Origin: a virus
Taxonomy: Duplodnaviria > Caudoviricetes
Length of the DNA stretch: 47,743 nt
Strand: one strand, 5' to 3'
IMG/VR virus record: IMGVR_UViG_3300047565_000205
Location: 1 to 47,743 of that record
Shown one piece after another: positions 29,068-37,985 of the stretch. The first letter of the stretch is position 1; each line of letters begins with the position of its first letter. The notes beneath the pieces are model-generated. The model had not been told where the DNA came from. It saw only the letters and a list, made by a program, of their open reading frames with translations, and did not search any database. The translations under genes were made by a program, and so were the position numbers.

Positions 29068-29888
29068 AACATAAGTGTTTATCTATTGCTGGCTTTGACG
29101 GTTCTGGTGGTGCAGGCATCCAAGCAGATCTCAAAACATTTACGGCATTTGGATGCTATGGCATGACAGTTCTTACTGCGCTTCCCGTGCAAAATACTAC
29201 TGGAGTAAGAAATTGCTATGACATACCTATAAAATGTATTGAAGAACAGCTCGAAGCAATTTTTGATGATATCATCCCTGATGCAATTAAAATTGGGATG
29301 CTGTTCTCTAAACAGATAGTCGAACTAGTTGGAAATTTCTTAGAGAAAAATGCAAATGGCATTCCAATAATTTTAGATCCTGTAATGGTAGCCAAAAGTG
29401 GCAATTCATTATTGCATCCTAAGGCAATTGAAAAAATGAAAACAAAATTGATTAATCTCAGCTCCATAATTACACCAAATATTCCAGAAGCAGAACAAAT
29501 ACTAGATATTAAAATCTCTAACTATAATGACATGGAGAATGCCGCTAAAGAATTATTAAAGTTAGGCTGTGTAGCAGCTTTAGTCAAAGGTGGACATCTA
29601 AAAGATAGCCTATCACGTGACGTTTTGGTTTCAGCTAAAGGAACAAAATGGTATGAATCTATTAGAGTTGAAACAAAGAATACTCATGGCACTGGCTGTA
29701 CTCTTTCAGCTGCAATAACTTCATGCCTCGCGCACAAATTAACCTTAGAACAATCAATCTATAAGGCAAAACATTACCTCACTAAAGCATTAGAAGCCGG
29801 AGCATCAGAAAATATTGGTCAAGGCTTTGGACCAGTTCATCATTTTTATCACCTATGGCCTAGCTTAGATTTTATTGAAAAAGAGTAA
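29064..29888 (+). CDS. thiD: Hydroxymethylpyrimidine / phosphomethylpyrimidine kinase
   Basis: IAG.D.SGGAGIQADLKTF, DPVMVAKSG, TPN.PEA, KGGH, THGTGCTLS. Confidence 0.96.
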   Translation: MKHKCLSIAGFDGSGGAGIQADLKTFTAFGCYGMTVLTALPVQNTTGVRNCYDIPIKCIEEQLEAIFDDIIPDAIKIGMLFSKQIVELVGNFLEKNANGIPIILDPVMVAKSGNSLLHPKAIEKMKTKLINLSSIITPNIPEAEQILDIKISNYNDMENAAKELLKLGCVAALVKGGHLKDSLSRDVLVSAKGTKWYESIRVETKNTHGTGCTLSAAITSCLAHKLTLEQSIYKAKHYLTKALEAGASENIGQGFGPVHHFYHLWPSLDFIEKE

Positions 29889-29889
29889 T

Positions 29890-30546
29890 ATGAAATTCTC
29901 TAACATGATTTTTCAAAAAACTTCTTATATTAATGAGCGTATTTTAACGCTACCTTTCAACCTAGAGCTAGCAACTGGTACATTAGACAAAAATCTCTTC
30001 TGTTATTATATAGAGCAAGATATATACTATTTATTAGAGTTTGCTAGGGCTATAGCATTAATTGCTGGACGCACACAAGACACAATGATGATGTCAGATT
30101 TCTTAGAATTCTCCAAATATGTATTAATAGCAGAGCAGGATATTATTCATAGCTACTATATAGATTTGTTTAAATATAAAAAGACTGGAGAAATAACCAT
30201 AGCCTGCTTTGCCTATACTAATTTTCTTGTAAGGCATGCTGCAACTTCATCAATAGAGGTTGCCGTAGCAGCAATTTTACCATGCTTTTGGATTTATCGT
30301 GAAGTTGGTAAACACATATATAATAATTACTTAAGAAATAAAAACCCTTATCGAAAATGGATAGAAACATATGCTAGTCCAGAATTCGATATAGGTGTAC
30401 AAAAAGCTATTACTATATTAGATAAATACGCTGAGTCTGCTAGTAAAAACACCCGCAATGAGATGGAACAAGCTTTTATTCACAGCTCTCTGATGGAGTG
30501 GCATTTCTGGAATGATGCTTACTGTAAAAAAGCTATAGCATTGTAA
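29890..30546 (+). CDS. tenA: Thiaminase II / aminopyrimidine aminohydrolase
   Basis: PF..EL..GTL, YIEQD..YL, catalytic LPCFWIY, EWHFW. Confidence 0.92.
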   Translation: MKFSNMIFQKTSYINERILTLPFNLELATGTLDKNLFCYYIEQDIYYLLEFARAIALIAGRTQDTMMMSDFLEFSKYVLIAEQDIIHSYYIDLFKYKKTGEITIACFAYTNFLVRHAATSSIEVAVAAILPCFWIYREVGKHIYNNYLRNKNPYRKWIETYASPEFDIGVQKAITILDKYAESASKNTRNEMEQAFIHSSLMEWHFWNDAYCKKAIAL

Positions 30547-30629
30547 TCGTATTGTATTTTTTAATATATCAGGATAGGCTCCCCTCTATTGTTTCTCACA
30601 TTCCAGAGTATTAGAGGTGAGGGTATTCA

Positions 30630-30838
30630 TTATTTGTCTCTTCTTGTGCCTAAAAGTTGAAGCAAATGTATAAAAATATTGATAAAATCCATATACAAAG
30701 TTAGTGCACCAATTATGCCAACCTTTTTGAGCATTTTATTATTACCAGCTATATATAAATTAAAAACATCCTTTAATCTTTGACTATCAAATGCAGTAAG
30801 ACCAGTAAAAACTAGGACAGAGATAACAGATATGGCAT
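30630..30838 (-). pseudogene. 3' fragment of a Bax inhibitor-1/YccA family membrane protein
   Basis: AISVISVLVFTGLTAFDSQRLK...GALTLYMDFINIF..LL.LLG.R; only the last two TM helices are present. Confidence 0.85.
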
Positions 30839-30846
30839 GGATGTCC

Positions 30847-31332
30847 TTATTTGCATAAATCAATTAGAAACTTAAGGGCAACTTCAGGGTCATGTGTCAT
30901 GATATTAGGACATCCGATATTATCAAGTTTCTGCTTATAAATTGCTTGTGAAGCTGAGAGCTTCTCTGTCTTATCACGTTTTAGCTCAATTTCAGCTACA
31001 CAAGCAAATCTCTTACCTGCATGCTCTACTTGATATTTAAAGGTATAATCAAATAAACCAGCCATCATACCTTGCTGAGCTAAACTACGCATATAAAGCA
31101 TATCTAAAGTACGTTGTGCTATTTGTTTTCCTTTATAATTAATTAAGCGATTATTTTTATGTGAAGTAATCTTATGTTCATTAGTATTTTTAACTAAAAT
31201 GCTTTCTTTGGGAATTTTACCTTTGGCAACACCATAATTAAATAATTGTACAAATATTTTACCTATAACTGATTCTTTTGTTTTTATTCCTTGACGTTTA
31301 ATGGTTAATTTTTTACAATTCGCAATGATCAT
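30847..31332 (-). CDS. VRR-NUC / PD-(D/E)xK nuclease (Holliday-junction resolvase-like)
   Basis: GMMAGLFD...IELK...LSASQ pattern. Confidence 0.7.
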   Translation of the reverse strand: MIIANCKKLTIKRQGIKTKESVIGKIFVQLFNYGVAKGKIPKESILVKNTNEHKITSHKNNRLINYKGKQIAQRTLDMLYMRSLAQQGMMAGLFDYTFKYQVEHAGKRFACVAEIELKRDKTEKLSASQAIYKQKLDNIGCPNIMTHDPEVALKFLIDLCK

Positions 31333-31350
31333 AATTAATAATTGTTTTAC

Positions 31351-31521
31351 ATGAATAAATATATTAAAGATATTATCACTGATTTTTTATCGGAAGAAGA
31401 TAATTATTTTATTTTTGATGAAATTATTGATAATGATTGTGAAAAAAAAACTTTACTTATGGAATATTCTAAAAAGTTAATAGAATATTGTAGGGGGATG
31501 GAGAAGGAAGAAGATTATTAA
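31351..31521 (+). CDS. Small acidic 56-aa protein (absent from the ORF track)
   Basis: MNKYIKDIITDFLSEEDNYF...; its stop overlaps the ATG of the ParB-like gene. Confidence 0.45.
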   Translation: MNKYIKDIITDFLSEEDNYFIFDEIIDNDCEKKTLLMEYSKKLIEYCRGMEKEEDY

Positions 31522-32027
31522 TGGAACAATCAAATAAAATATTATGGATTGAAACAACAATTAAACTTAAAGAATTAAAAGATTACGCTATTAATCCACG
31601 TAGAATAAGCAAGACAGATTTCAATCGATTAGTTAACGACATTAAACAAGATGGTTATCATCGTCGTATTTTAGTTACTTATGATAACGTTATCATTGGT
31701 GGTCATTCACGTAAAAAAGCTCTTCTTGCAGCAGGTTTTAAAGAAAGTGATGATATTAATGTTTTAAAACCAAATAGACTGTTATCTGAAGAAGAACTTA
31801 AACGTTTAAATATTAGAGACAATCTAGGTTTTGGTGATTGGGACATGGATATGTTAGCTAATAACTTTGATATGGATGATCTCAAAGAATGGGGAATGCC
31901 TGAGAATATATTTGATGAGCCTAAACAAGAAGTAGAGATAGAATCCTCTCAGAATATTGCTTCTATACCTGAAACAATAATCTGTCCGCAATGTGGTTGT
32001 GAGTATGAAAACCAAAAAACCCCATAA
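31521..32027 (+). CDS. ParB/Srx N-terminal domain protein, terminase-associated
   Basis: NPRRI, IIGGHSR, DNL.FGDWD, C-terminal CPQCG. Confidence 0.85.
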   Translation: MEQSNKILWIETTIKLKELKDYAINPRRISKTDFNRLVNDIKQDGYHRRILVTYDNVIIGGHSRKKALLAAGFKESDDINVLKPNRLLSEEELKRLNIRDNLGFGDWDMDMLANNFDMDDLKEWGMPENIFDEPKQEVEIESSQNIASIPETIICPQCGCEYENQKTP

Positions 32028-32529
32028 AACCAATAAACCGTATAAAGATCCTGACAAGTTTTTAGAAATATATAAAGCTCATGCAGGTCATATTCAAAAG
32101 TCATGTAATGTATACGGTATAGACAATAGTACTTATTACGATTGGTGTAAAAAGTATCCTAAGTTTAAACAAGCTACTTTAGATGTAAAAGAGCAAGTTA
32201 GAGGCTTTTGGGATGATTGCGCTTTAAAAGAAATGGCTAAAGGCAATTCCGCTATACTACAATTAACTCATAAATCTTTAAAAGGAACTAATAAATTTCC
32301 GATTGCTAATACTTTAAATTATGACTTTGGCGGCATTAAAACAATTGAGGATATAAAGAAAACTCGTTTGCGCTTATTAGAGGATTTAGGTAATGGAGTG
32401 GTAAGTATGGAAGGTGCTAAATTTGCAACTGAAATGTTAGATAGTGTTGTTAATGATTTTCTTGCTTCTGATGGTTTTTCTAAATTAATGGAAATGGCAG
32501 AGAAAGTTAAGAAGTTAAAAAATGAATAG
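32005..32529 (+). CDS. Terminase small subunit
   Basis: N-terminal HTH (GIDNSTYYDWCKKYPKF); immediately before TerL. Confidence 0.7.
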   Translation: MKTKKPHKTNKPYKDPDKFLEIYKAHAGHIQKSCNVYGIDNSTYYDWCKKYPKFKQATLDVKEQVRGFWDDCALKEMAKGNSAILQLTHKSLKGTNKFPIANTLNYDFGGIKTIEDIKKTRLRLLEDLGNGVVSMEGAKFATEMLDSVVNDFLASDGFSKLMEMAEKVKKLKNE

Positions 32530-34165
32530 ATTAAGTTTTCATAAGAAAGTTTTAACATTAGAACAGAAATTTGCCATTCTTGATACTACAAATTACGTAT
32601 CTGACTATGCATTGCAGCAACAAGCAAAATACAAAGACAATTTTTATTTGTTTATTAAGGATGCTTGGACAGCCTTAGAGGGATTAAATGTTACCTTTTA
32701 TGATAACTGGCACATACAAGCTATTGCAGAGCATTTAGAAGCATGTAATAGAGGTGATATTAACTTCTTGATAGTCAACATGCCCCCTCGTTGTATGAAG
32801 TCTTCTATCATTTCAATAATGTATCCTGCTTGGGTGTGGGGAATAGGTGACTCGTGGAAGAAATTTCTTTGTGGTACTTATGCTGCTAAGCTTTCTAATG
32901 AACACTCGCTTAAATGTAGAGATCTGATTAATAGCCAGTGGTATCAAGAAATATTTGGAAATGTATTTAAACTTAGAGATGATAACAATGCTATTGTAAA
33001 ATTCTCCAATAATAAAAAGGGATATCGTATTGCTTGCTCTGTTGGAGGGGGTGTCGGTATGGGGGGAGATCAGATAATACTGGATGATCCGAATTCCATT
33101 GAAGATATGGACTCTGAGGCTAGAAGAACAGCTGTAAACAATTGGTATGATCGTACTATGAGCGATCGTCTTAATGACAAAAAAACTGGTTGTAAGATTA
33201 TATTGCAACATAGACCTCACATGGAAGATTTAACTGGTCATGTTTTAGAGAATCAAAAGAATGTTGTGCATCTAAGATTACCTATGGAATTTGAGAAAGC
33301 TCATCGTTGTTCAACTATTATATTACCTTCAACTAATAATAAAAAATGGTCTGACCCAAGACATAATGAAGGCGATTTATTATGGCCTTATAAACATCCT
33401 AAGCGTTATATTGAACAAGAAAAGAAAATTAAAGGGGCATTTGCATATGCTTCATTATATCAACAAAGACCATCACCAATGCAAGGTGGTATCTTTACAA
33501 AAGATGATTTCATGATTTGGGATGAGGAGCATGCTCCTGATTTTGAACGTATTATACAGTCATGGGACACTGCTTTGGTTGGTAAGAAAGGTGATGAAAG
33601 TTCAGACCCTTGTATGTCAGTATGTACTACTTGGGGAGTGTTTAAAAACTTCTATGGCCTTACCTGTATTATGTTATTAGAGCTTTATGCCGGTCATATA
33701 GAATTTCACGTAATGAGAGAAATGGCTCAAAGAATGGCTAATAATTATAAAGATACTGATTATGATAATCCTATAGGCGGTAAAAGGCCTGTGGATTATG
33801 TATTAATAGAAACTAAGACTCTTGGTGATCCGTTAATGAATGAATTATATATGGCAGGCATTCCTACCAGAGGGTTTAATCCTCAAGGTCATGGTGGTAA
33901 AGTTGCAAGAGCTAGGTCAACTTTACCTGAAATAGCTAGTGGAAGAGTTTATGTACGAGAATCCTTTAAAAGTAAAAAATTATTTAAACATGCTAAAGAA
34001 TTATTAGAAGCTGCCATAAATTTCCCATCTCATTCAAGTAATGATATTATTGATACCATGAGTCAAGTTCTTATAACTCTCAAACGTGAAAAAATATTAA
34101 TTCATGAAGATATTTATGAAGAACCAGAGAATGAAACCGATTTTAACATTTTCAACTATCAATAG
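32522..34165 (+). CDS. terL: Terminase large subunit
   Basis: NWH, NMPPRCMKS Walker A, IILDDP Walker B, YQQRP, QSWDTA, NDIIDTMSQ. Confidence 0.95.
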   Translation: MNRLSFHKKVLTLEQKFAILDTTNYVSDYALQQQAKYKDNFYLFIKDAWTALEGLNVTFYDNWHIQAIAEHLEACNRGDINFLIVNMPPRCMKSSIISIMYPAWVWGIGDSWKKFLCGTYAAKLSNEHSLKCRDLINSQWYQEIFGNVFKLRDDNNAIVKFSNNKKGYRIACSVGGGVGMGGDQIILDDPNSIEDMDSEARRTAVNNWYDRTMSDRLNDKKTGCKIILQHRPHMEDLTGHVLENQKNVVHLRLPMEFEKAHRCSTIILPSTNNKKWSDPRHNEGDLLWPYKHPKRYIEQEKKIKGAFAYASLYQQRPSPMQGGIFTKDDFMIWDEEHAPDFERIIQSWDTALVGKKGDESSDPCMSVCTTWGVFKNFYGLTCIMLLELYAGHIEFHVMREMAQRMANNYKDTDYDNPIGGKRPVDYVLIETKTLGDPLMNELYMAGIPTRGFNPQGHGGKVARARSTLPEIASGRVYVRESFKSKKLFKHAKELLEAAINFPSHSSNDIIDTMSQVLITLKREKILIHEDIYEEPENETDFNIFNYQ

Positions 34166-34173
34166 GCCTTAGT

Positions 34174-36732
34174 ATGAACCTACAAAATGTATTCAACAAA
34201 ATTCACCAAGAGAAATTAGTTAATAATATAGAGCAAAAGAATAAATCTTTAGAGCGAGAATTAGATAACGAACAAGAGGATGTTATTAATGATTTGTTTA
34301 ATGCTAATCTTGAGATGAATAAAGGTCAAGAACAAGAAGATATGCTTGATAATGAAATGCAACAAGGTAAGAAGGTAATTGATCAAGATAATGAAAAAAT
34401 CAAAACTGGTTTAATTTATGAACTTCGGAATATAGCTAATTTAATACCTGAATATACAAGACAAGCTATTGCTAAAGATGTAATGGATAATCTTGATAAT
34501 GATAAAAGATCTCGTGAAGAATGGTTAGATAATATCAGAGAGGGCAAAGAGCAATTTAATATACGTACTAAAGACGATCCAAGAAGCTCTGATAATCAAA
34601 CAGTAGAAGGTCGTAAGCAGATGTCATCTGATAAATCTTATGCTTTAAACAACGCGATAATTAAAGCTACTTCAACGTTATCATCTATCTTTTTAGGTGA
34701 AGAGATTGTTAATTTTTCAATCACAGAAGGATCAACTGAGTTAAAAAATAAAGCCTTAAAGCTTAAAAATTTTGTTAATCAATATTTTAGTTTAGCTATT
34801 CCGAATTATAAAGAAGATAAAAGAAATTCTTTTTATGATTTAGCTCTAGAAGGAAATGTTTATCAAAAAATCTATTATGATTCAACCGAGAAGAAACTTG
34901 TTAATTATTATTTACCTGCATTAGATGTAGAAGTTAATCCTTATTCACGTAGTGCTGATGATGCTATTCGTATATCTCAACGTGTTCATATGAATAAATT
35001 TGAGTTAGATGCTAAAATTGTTAATAAAGATTTTCTTGAATATAATTATCGTCCTATTGGATCTGGATATGGTGAAGATGATGATGAGTATGATGATGAT
35101 ATGGTTAATACCAGTGAAGATAGGGATGATAATATTTATGAATTTTATCAGGTTAGAGTTAGATATAAGTTAAATGATTTCGGAGATCTGGGAGATTATA
35201 AGCCACCTGTTGAAAGAGACTTACCGTACTTAATAGATATTGATGCTTCTTCGGGAAGAATTGCAGCTATTCATGAATTCTGGGAATCTGATGATCCTAA
35301 TTTTAAAACCATTCAAAATTATGTAAAAAACGCTTATTTTCCTAATTCAGAAAGTTGGAATTGGGGATTGTTACATTTGGCTGCTCCATTAGTTAAATCA
35401 GCTACTAATAAAATCAGAATGATTGCTAATGCCGGTGCTTATTCAAGTCATCCAACAGTATTAGTTAATAAAGCTATTAAGAATACTAATACCACACAAG
35501 TATTATTCCCTGGTAGTATGATACCGATTGATACTGGTGGGAACTTTAAATTATCTGAACAAATTAGTCCGCTGCCTTTTCCGCAAGCATCACCTTCATT
35601 ATCTGAATTGATGCAATATTATGAACAAGGTGTAGATCAAATCACTTTAAGTTTAAATAATATAAGTAATATTGGTGCTAATACTCCTGCAAGTTCTATT
35701 ATGATGATGATAGATGAAGCGTCTAAAATACCTAATTTTATTATTCGTGGTGTTTATGATGCTTTAACTCGTGAATATAGAATATTTCTAACTCAACTTA
35801 AAAAATATGCTCATTTAATTGATCCCGAGTATATGAGTTTTGAGTTTAGAGATTTGCTTAATGAATTTGATTTTAATGATCCTAATGTAATTATTACTCC
35901 TACTGCCAATAGCAAAGTATCATCTCAATATATTGATATGATTAAATATGAAAGCTTACTTAATTTATCTGATAAATATAGTCAAATTAATGTAGATTAT
36001 ATTCTTAGGAATTATGTAGCTAATTTAGATTTTAATCCTGATGAAATCTTAAAGCCTGAAGCACAAATTTCGCCGATGACTCCGTTAATGGAGACTGCAT
36101 CTTTAATGGCAGGACAACCTGTAAAAGCATTTAGAGATCAAGATCAAGAGTCTTATATATTAGCTCTACAAACTTTTATGACTTCATTACAAGAAACACA
36201 AGATATGCCTCCTGAAATTAAACAACCAATATTAAATAATGCAACTATGTTAATGGCTCAAAGAAAATTCTTTGATGCTTTAAATAAGATTGAAACACAA
36301 ATTAAAGAAAATTTTGCACAAGAAGGAGTGTTTAAAGAGGAAATAGCAGAGTTTAAATTACCTGAAGATATATCTGAGCTTGATCCTGCTATTCTTAATC
36401 AAATTGCTCTTATGGAAGCTCAAAGTATTGCTCAAGATCAACAACAACAACAAGAAGCAGCAGCGAAGTTATCACCACCACTTGATCCAAATCAAGTTAT
36501 GCAAAATCAAGTTGAAGTGGAAGCTCAAAAAGTTCAAGTTGATGCGTCAGCAATTGAACAACGTGCTCAAACTGATAACATTAAAGCTCAAACCGAACTT
36601 CAAAAAGCTCAGATTAGTCAACAAACTACGTTGCAAAAAGCAATGATTGATCGTGAAAAGGAGATAGAGAAAGCTAATATTGTTGCGAAAATTAAACTGA
36701 CTGAAATATCTAATAAATTACAGCAGCTTTAA
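34174..36732 (+). CDS. Portal protein
   Basis: 852 aa directly after TerL; SREEW, G..Y.KIYYD, PLPF...S..L; long Q-rich barrel-like tail. Confidence 0.85.
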   Translation: MNLQNVFNKIHQEKLVNNIEQKNKSLERELDNEQEDVINDLFNANLEMNKGQEQEDMLDNEMQQGKKVIDQDNEKIKTGLIYELRNIANLIPEYTRQAIAKDVMDNLDNDKRSREEWLDNIREGKEQFNIRTKDDPRSSDNQTVEGRKQMSSDKSYALNNAIIKATSTLSSIFLGEEIVNFSITEGSTELKNKALKLKNFVNQYFSLAIPNYKEDKRNSFYDLALEGNVYQKIYYDSTEKKLVNYYLPALDVEVNPYSRSADDAIRISQRVHMNKFELDAKIVNKDFLEYNYRPIGSGYGEDDDEYDDDMVNTSEDRDDNIYEFYQVRVRYKLNDFGDLGDYKPPVERDLPYLIDIDASSGRIAAIHEFWESDDPNFKTIQNYVKNAYFPNSESWNWGLLHLAAPLVKSATNKIRMIANAGAYSSHPTVLVNKAIKNTNTTQVLFPGSMIPIDTGGNFKLSEQISPLPFPQASPSLSELMQYYEQGVDQITLSLNNISNIGANTPASSIMMMIDEASKIPNFIIRGVYDALTREYRIFLTQLKKYAHLIDPEYMSFEFRDLLNEFDFNDPNVIITPTANSKVSSQYIDMIKYESLLNLSDKYSQINVDYILRNYVANLDFNPDEILKPEAQISPMTPLMETASLMAGQPVKAFRDQDQESYILALQTFMTSLQETQDMPPEIKQPILNNATMLMAQRKFFDALNKIETQIKENFAQEGVFKEEIAEFKLPEDISELDPAILNQIALMEAQSIAQDQQQQQEAAAKLSPPLDPNQVMQNQVEVEAQKVQVDASAIEQRAQTDNIKAQTELQKAQISQQTTLQKAMIDREKEIEKANIVAKIKLTEISNKLQQL

Positions 36733-36748
36733 TAGCTTTTACATATTT

Positions 36749-36777
36749 TTGCAAATTATATTAAATAATAATACACT
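36749..36777 (+). promoter_or_regulatory. Sigma70-like promoter
   Basis: TTGCAA-N17-TACACT. Confidence 0.5.
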
Positions 36778-36817
36778 TATATTGTTAAGTTATTAACATT
36801 AATTTTAGGAGATAAAA

Positions 36818-37126
36818 ATGTATTTAGAACACATAAAAAGTAAATTAGGTTCGCCTAATGCTAAAATTCATACTGGCAGAAGTGAAATAGTAAAAAGATT
36901 ACATCGTAAAAAAGGTGGTTGTATAAAAAGAACAAAACATGATATGGGGGGTGCTGCTCTTCCTGCTTATAGTGGTTATAATAATATGATGGCTCCAGCT
37001 CCTTCTGCTGCTAAATTTGGTCATAAAAAAGGTAAAATGGTGAAACGTGAGCATCATTTTTTAGGAGCTTTATTAGGTGCTGCTTCAGCAATACCTGCTC
37101 TTATAGATCTATTTAGAAAGAAGTAA
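36818..37126 (+). CDS. Basic small virion protein with xxGG motifs and an amphipathic C-terminal peptide
   Basis: RKKGG, HDMGG, HKKGK, then EHH-FLGALLGAASAIPALIDLFRKK. Confidence 0.65.
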   Translation: MYLEHIKSKLGSPNAKIHTGRSEIVKRLHRKKGGCIKRTKHDMGGAALPAYSGYNNMMAPAPSAAKFGHKKGKMVKREHHFLGALLGAASAIPALIDLFRKK

Positions 37127-37147
37127 TTATAATAATAGGATTATAAA

Positions 37148-37633
37148 ATGAATCATATAACAAAAGCTCATATTAAAAAAGCAATGAAAGAACATCATAT
37201 GATTGGAAAAATGCTTGGTGATAAAAATCTTGAGTGTATACAAAATATGGATAAAAAAACTCATAAAAAAGCTTTAGAAGAACATCATTTTTTGGGAAGT
37301 TTAATTGGTATGCTTTCTAAAGGGTTAGGAAAAGCTGCTCCTTATTTAGCTAAAGGTATAGGCATGGGAGCTAAAGGTCTTAGTGCAGCTAGCGGCACAC
37401 TTTCTAGAAATGCTAAAAATATAGGACATGCAGTTAACGCTGTTGGTTCTTTAGCACAAACTGGTGCAGCATTAAGTCAAACTAAACAAGCTAATAGAGC
37501 CGCAGCCGCTCAAGAAAGAATGATAAATGCACAAGCTCAAAGTGCTGAAGATCAAAATGCTTATCTTAAAAGGCAAATGGAAGCAGGACAAGCTCAAAAA
37601 AAAGGTGGACGTACTGGATCTAAAAAAAAATAA
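37148..37633 (+). CDS. Basic small virion protein with a duplicated EHH motif and an amphipathic segment
   Basis: KKAMKEHHMIGKMLG and KKALEEHHFLGSLIG; ends QKKGGRTGSKKK. Confidence 0.65.
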   Translation: MNHITKAHIKKAMKEHHMIGKMLGDKNLECIQNMDKKTHKKALEEHHFLGSLIGMLSKGLGKAAPYLAKGIGMGAKGLSAASGTLSRNAKNIGHAVNAVGSLAQTGAALSQTKQANRAAAAQERMINAQAQSAEDQNAYLKRQMEAGQAQKKGGRTGSKKK

Positions 37634-37738
37634 TTAATAAAATAATAAATATTATAAAATGTTTAAAAAAAAGTTGTATAAAGTTTTTTTTTAAATTATA
37701 TTGTTACGAATTCAATAATTCTAAATGTTTTAATAATT

Positions 37739-37963
37739 ATGGATTTGGAAAATTTTATACAACGATTACTTTATATGCGCGCTGAATGTGCAGATATGTT
37801 ACTAGATCAAAATTTTATTCAAGGCGATATTAATAATTATAATCGCATTTCTGAAAGAAGAAAAACAATCATAGAAATATTAGAAGAATTTAAAAAGTTT
37901 CAAAATGATGCTAGAGACAGTGATGCTTTAAAAATAAAATTTACTGGAACAACTATAATTTAA
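37739..37963 (+). CDS. Small head-module protein
   Basis: 74-aa helical ORF before the GroES-like gene; TTGTAT-N17-TATATT upstream. Confidence 0.55.
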   Translation: MDLENFIQRLLYMRAECADMLLDQNFIQGDINNYNRISERRKTIIEILEEFKKFQNDARDSDALKIKFTGTTII

Positions 37964-37985
37964 TTATCTATTCAGAGGAGACAAC

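Noticed and set aside
27752-29467. Minus-strand ORFs within thiE, thiM and thiD
   Set aside because: Antisense shadows of conserved enzymes.
31521-32027. ParB-like gene as the partner of ParA
   Set aside because: It lacks an HTH, sits in the usual pre-terminase position, and ParA already has an adjacent RHH partner.
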